From Felis catus (lineage: Eukaryota), in assembly GCF_018350175.1 (NCBI RefSeq), contig NC_058384.1:30380001-30444000 (forward strand): a DNA stretch of 64,000 nucleotides, read 5' to 3'. This document shows, piece after piece, positions 62,530 to 64,000 of this stretch; position 1 is the stretch's first letter, and each line of letters starts with the position of its first letter. The position numbers and the translations under genes were made by a program. The notes beneath the pieces are model-generated. The model did no database searches, was not told the origin of the DNA, and was given only the letters and a program-made list of their open reading frames with translations.

Positions 62530-62725
62530 AGGCGCTAAGCTCCCAACTTCAGCTCAGGTCATGATCTCACGGGTTCAGGAGTTTGAGCCCCCCATCAGGC
62601 TCTCTGCCATAAGTGCAGAGCCTGTTTTGGATACTCTGTCTCCTCCTCTCTCTGCCCCTCCCCCACGTGCACAAGCTTGTGCACTCTCTCTCAAAAATAA
62701 ACAAACATAAAATTTTTTTTTTAAA
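62530..62725 (+). mobile_element. SINEC with deleted head
   Basis: 'caacttcagctcaggtcatgatctcacggg...ctctcaaaaataaacaaaca'. Confidence 0.85.
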
Positions 62726-63199
62726 TAGTGAGATTCCTGGTGTAGTTAAAGTAGAATTCAGTGAGCAAAAAATCTATTTATATGCCTAGCTTTCTTTCTT
62801 TTCACAGATCTAATCTATACATCTAGCATGTAAAGTGAGACAAATCCATAATAAAATAATAAAAAATTGCCTGGCCTTCCTTGCTCAGTTCCTTACAGCT
62901 ATGAGCTCCAGAAAGTGAGCTTGGAGAAGACAGCCTCTTGTAAACATCACCTTCAGAGGGAGAGACTTACTGAGCCTGAGCTGATCCTCAGAAGGTCTCT
63001 CCCCATGCAGAGAGCTTAGGGGGCACCTGTCTTTCCAGAACCCCATGCAAGATCCACTTATGGCTAGCATTCTGAAGCTGTCAGAATCTGTCCTCTCCTA
63101 TCCCCAAATGAGCCCGTCTATAGTCAGGGCTGGCCTGGTGCCCAATCATGTGTTCCTGTGTCCAGGACAAAGCAGTAAGAAGTCCCAAGGAACTAAATA

Positions 63200-63912
63200 C
63201 AAGCATTGTATTGTCCTTTGCTGTACTGCCCTTCATAGAAACGATGGGTTGTTTTTGTTTTTGTTTTTTTACAGACTGAGAACTTGTGGCAACCCTGCGT
63301 CAGGCAAGTCTGTTGGCACCATTTTTCCAACAGCATTTGCTCACTTTGTGTCTTTGTGTTACACCTCGGTAATTTTCACAGCATTTCAAACTTTTTCATT
63401 ATGATTATATTTTGTTATGGTGACCTGTAATCAATCAGTGATTATGCCTCAACTGAAAGCTCAGATGATGGTCAGTACTTCTTAACAATAAAGGCTTTTT
63501 ATTTTATTTCTTTAAAGTTTATTTATTCCGAGAGAGAGAGAGAGAGCACAATCAGGGGAGAAACAGAAAGAGAGAGAGAGAGAATCCCAAGCTGGTTCTG
63601 CACTGTCAGCACACAGCACGATGCAGGGCTTGAACTCACGAACCATGAGATCATGGACCTGAGCCGAAATCAAGAGTCAGACACTTAACCGACTGAGCCA
63701 CCCAGGAGCCCCTAAAACCTTTTAATTAAGGTATGTAGATTGTTATTTTAGGCAGGTTACTGCACACGTAATATACTGACTATAGGGTGGTGTAAACAGA
63801 AGTTTTATATGCACTGGGGAAACAAAAAATTCACTTGATTCGCTTTACTGCCACATTCGCTCTTTTGCAGTGGTCTGGAACCGAAACCGCAAAGATCTTC
63901 GAGATCTGCCTG
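63200..63912 (+). mobile_element. Internally deleted Tigger1 with a nested antisense SINEC (~63497-63712)
   Basis: Tigger1 left end 'tgtggcaaccctgcgtcaggcaagtctgttggcaccatttttccaacagc' joined to right end 'gtggtctggaaccgaaaccgcaaagatcttcgagatctgcctg'. Confidence 0.88.
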
Positions 63913-64000
63913 TGAAAGTGTGGTCAGAAGAGAAACCACAGAGGCCACACTCTGCCTTCTTTGTGTGGTGGCTCCAAGGGCCAGGTGACCTGGAGCGCAG

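Noticed and set aside
62667-62684. 18-bp palindrome GTGCACAAGCTTGTGCAC
   Set aside because: Lies in the hypervariable GC/CA-alternating segment of a SINEC; no sign of function
1-64000. CRISPR arrays, operons or other prokaryotic systems
   Set aside because: The sequence is clearly mammalian; no regularly spaced repeat-spacer structure was seen

Overview
Mammalian genomic DNA from a cat-family (felid) carnivore, judged from abundant Can-SINE/SINEC_Fc elements and a carnivore-type L1 3' end. It contains two convergent genes. (1) ANGEL2 (+ strand; CCR4/EEP-family 2',3'-cyclic phosphate phosphatase) has a CpG-island promoter at ~15.8-16.5 kb. Eight coding exons are visible (16027-32660) and a ninth (exon 6) is inferred to lie inside an N-run; the reconstructed CDS is 1635 nt (544 aa). 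(2) The last five coding exons and ~3 kb 3'UTR of VASH2 (- strand; vasohibin-2 tubulin detyrosinase), including a clear U12-type minor-spliceosome intron. The rest is intergenic/intronic DNA with L1, L2, MIR, MaLR LTR, Tigger/hAT and many SINEC insertions, several nested and with readable target-site duplications (TSDs). The most unusual structure is a ~1.3 kb TSD-flanked, poly(A)-tailed block of foreign sequence (3587-4892) inserted inside a felid SINE, which looks like a retrocopied non-coding RNA or SINE 5' transduction. Other notable points are a possible bidirectional poly(A) signal between the two genes and a cluster of uORFs in the ANGEL2 leader. No new protein-coding system was found. 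Gene and repeat identities come from recalled sequences, not database searches, and repeat boundaries without TSDs are approximate.
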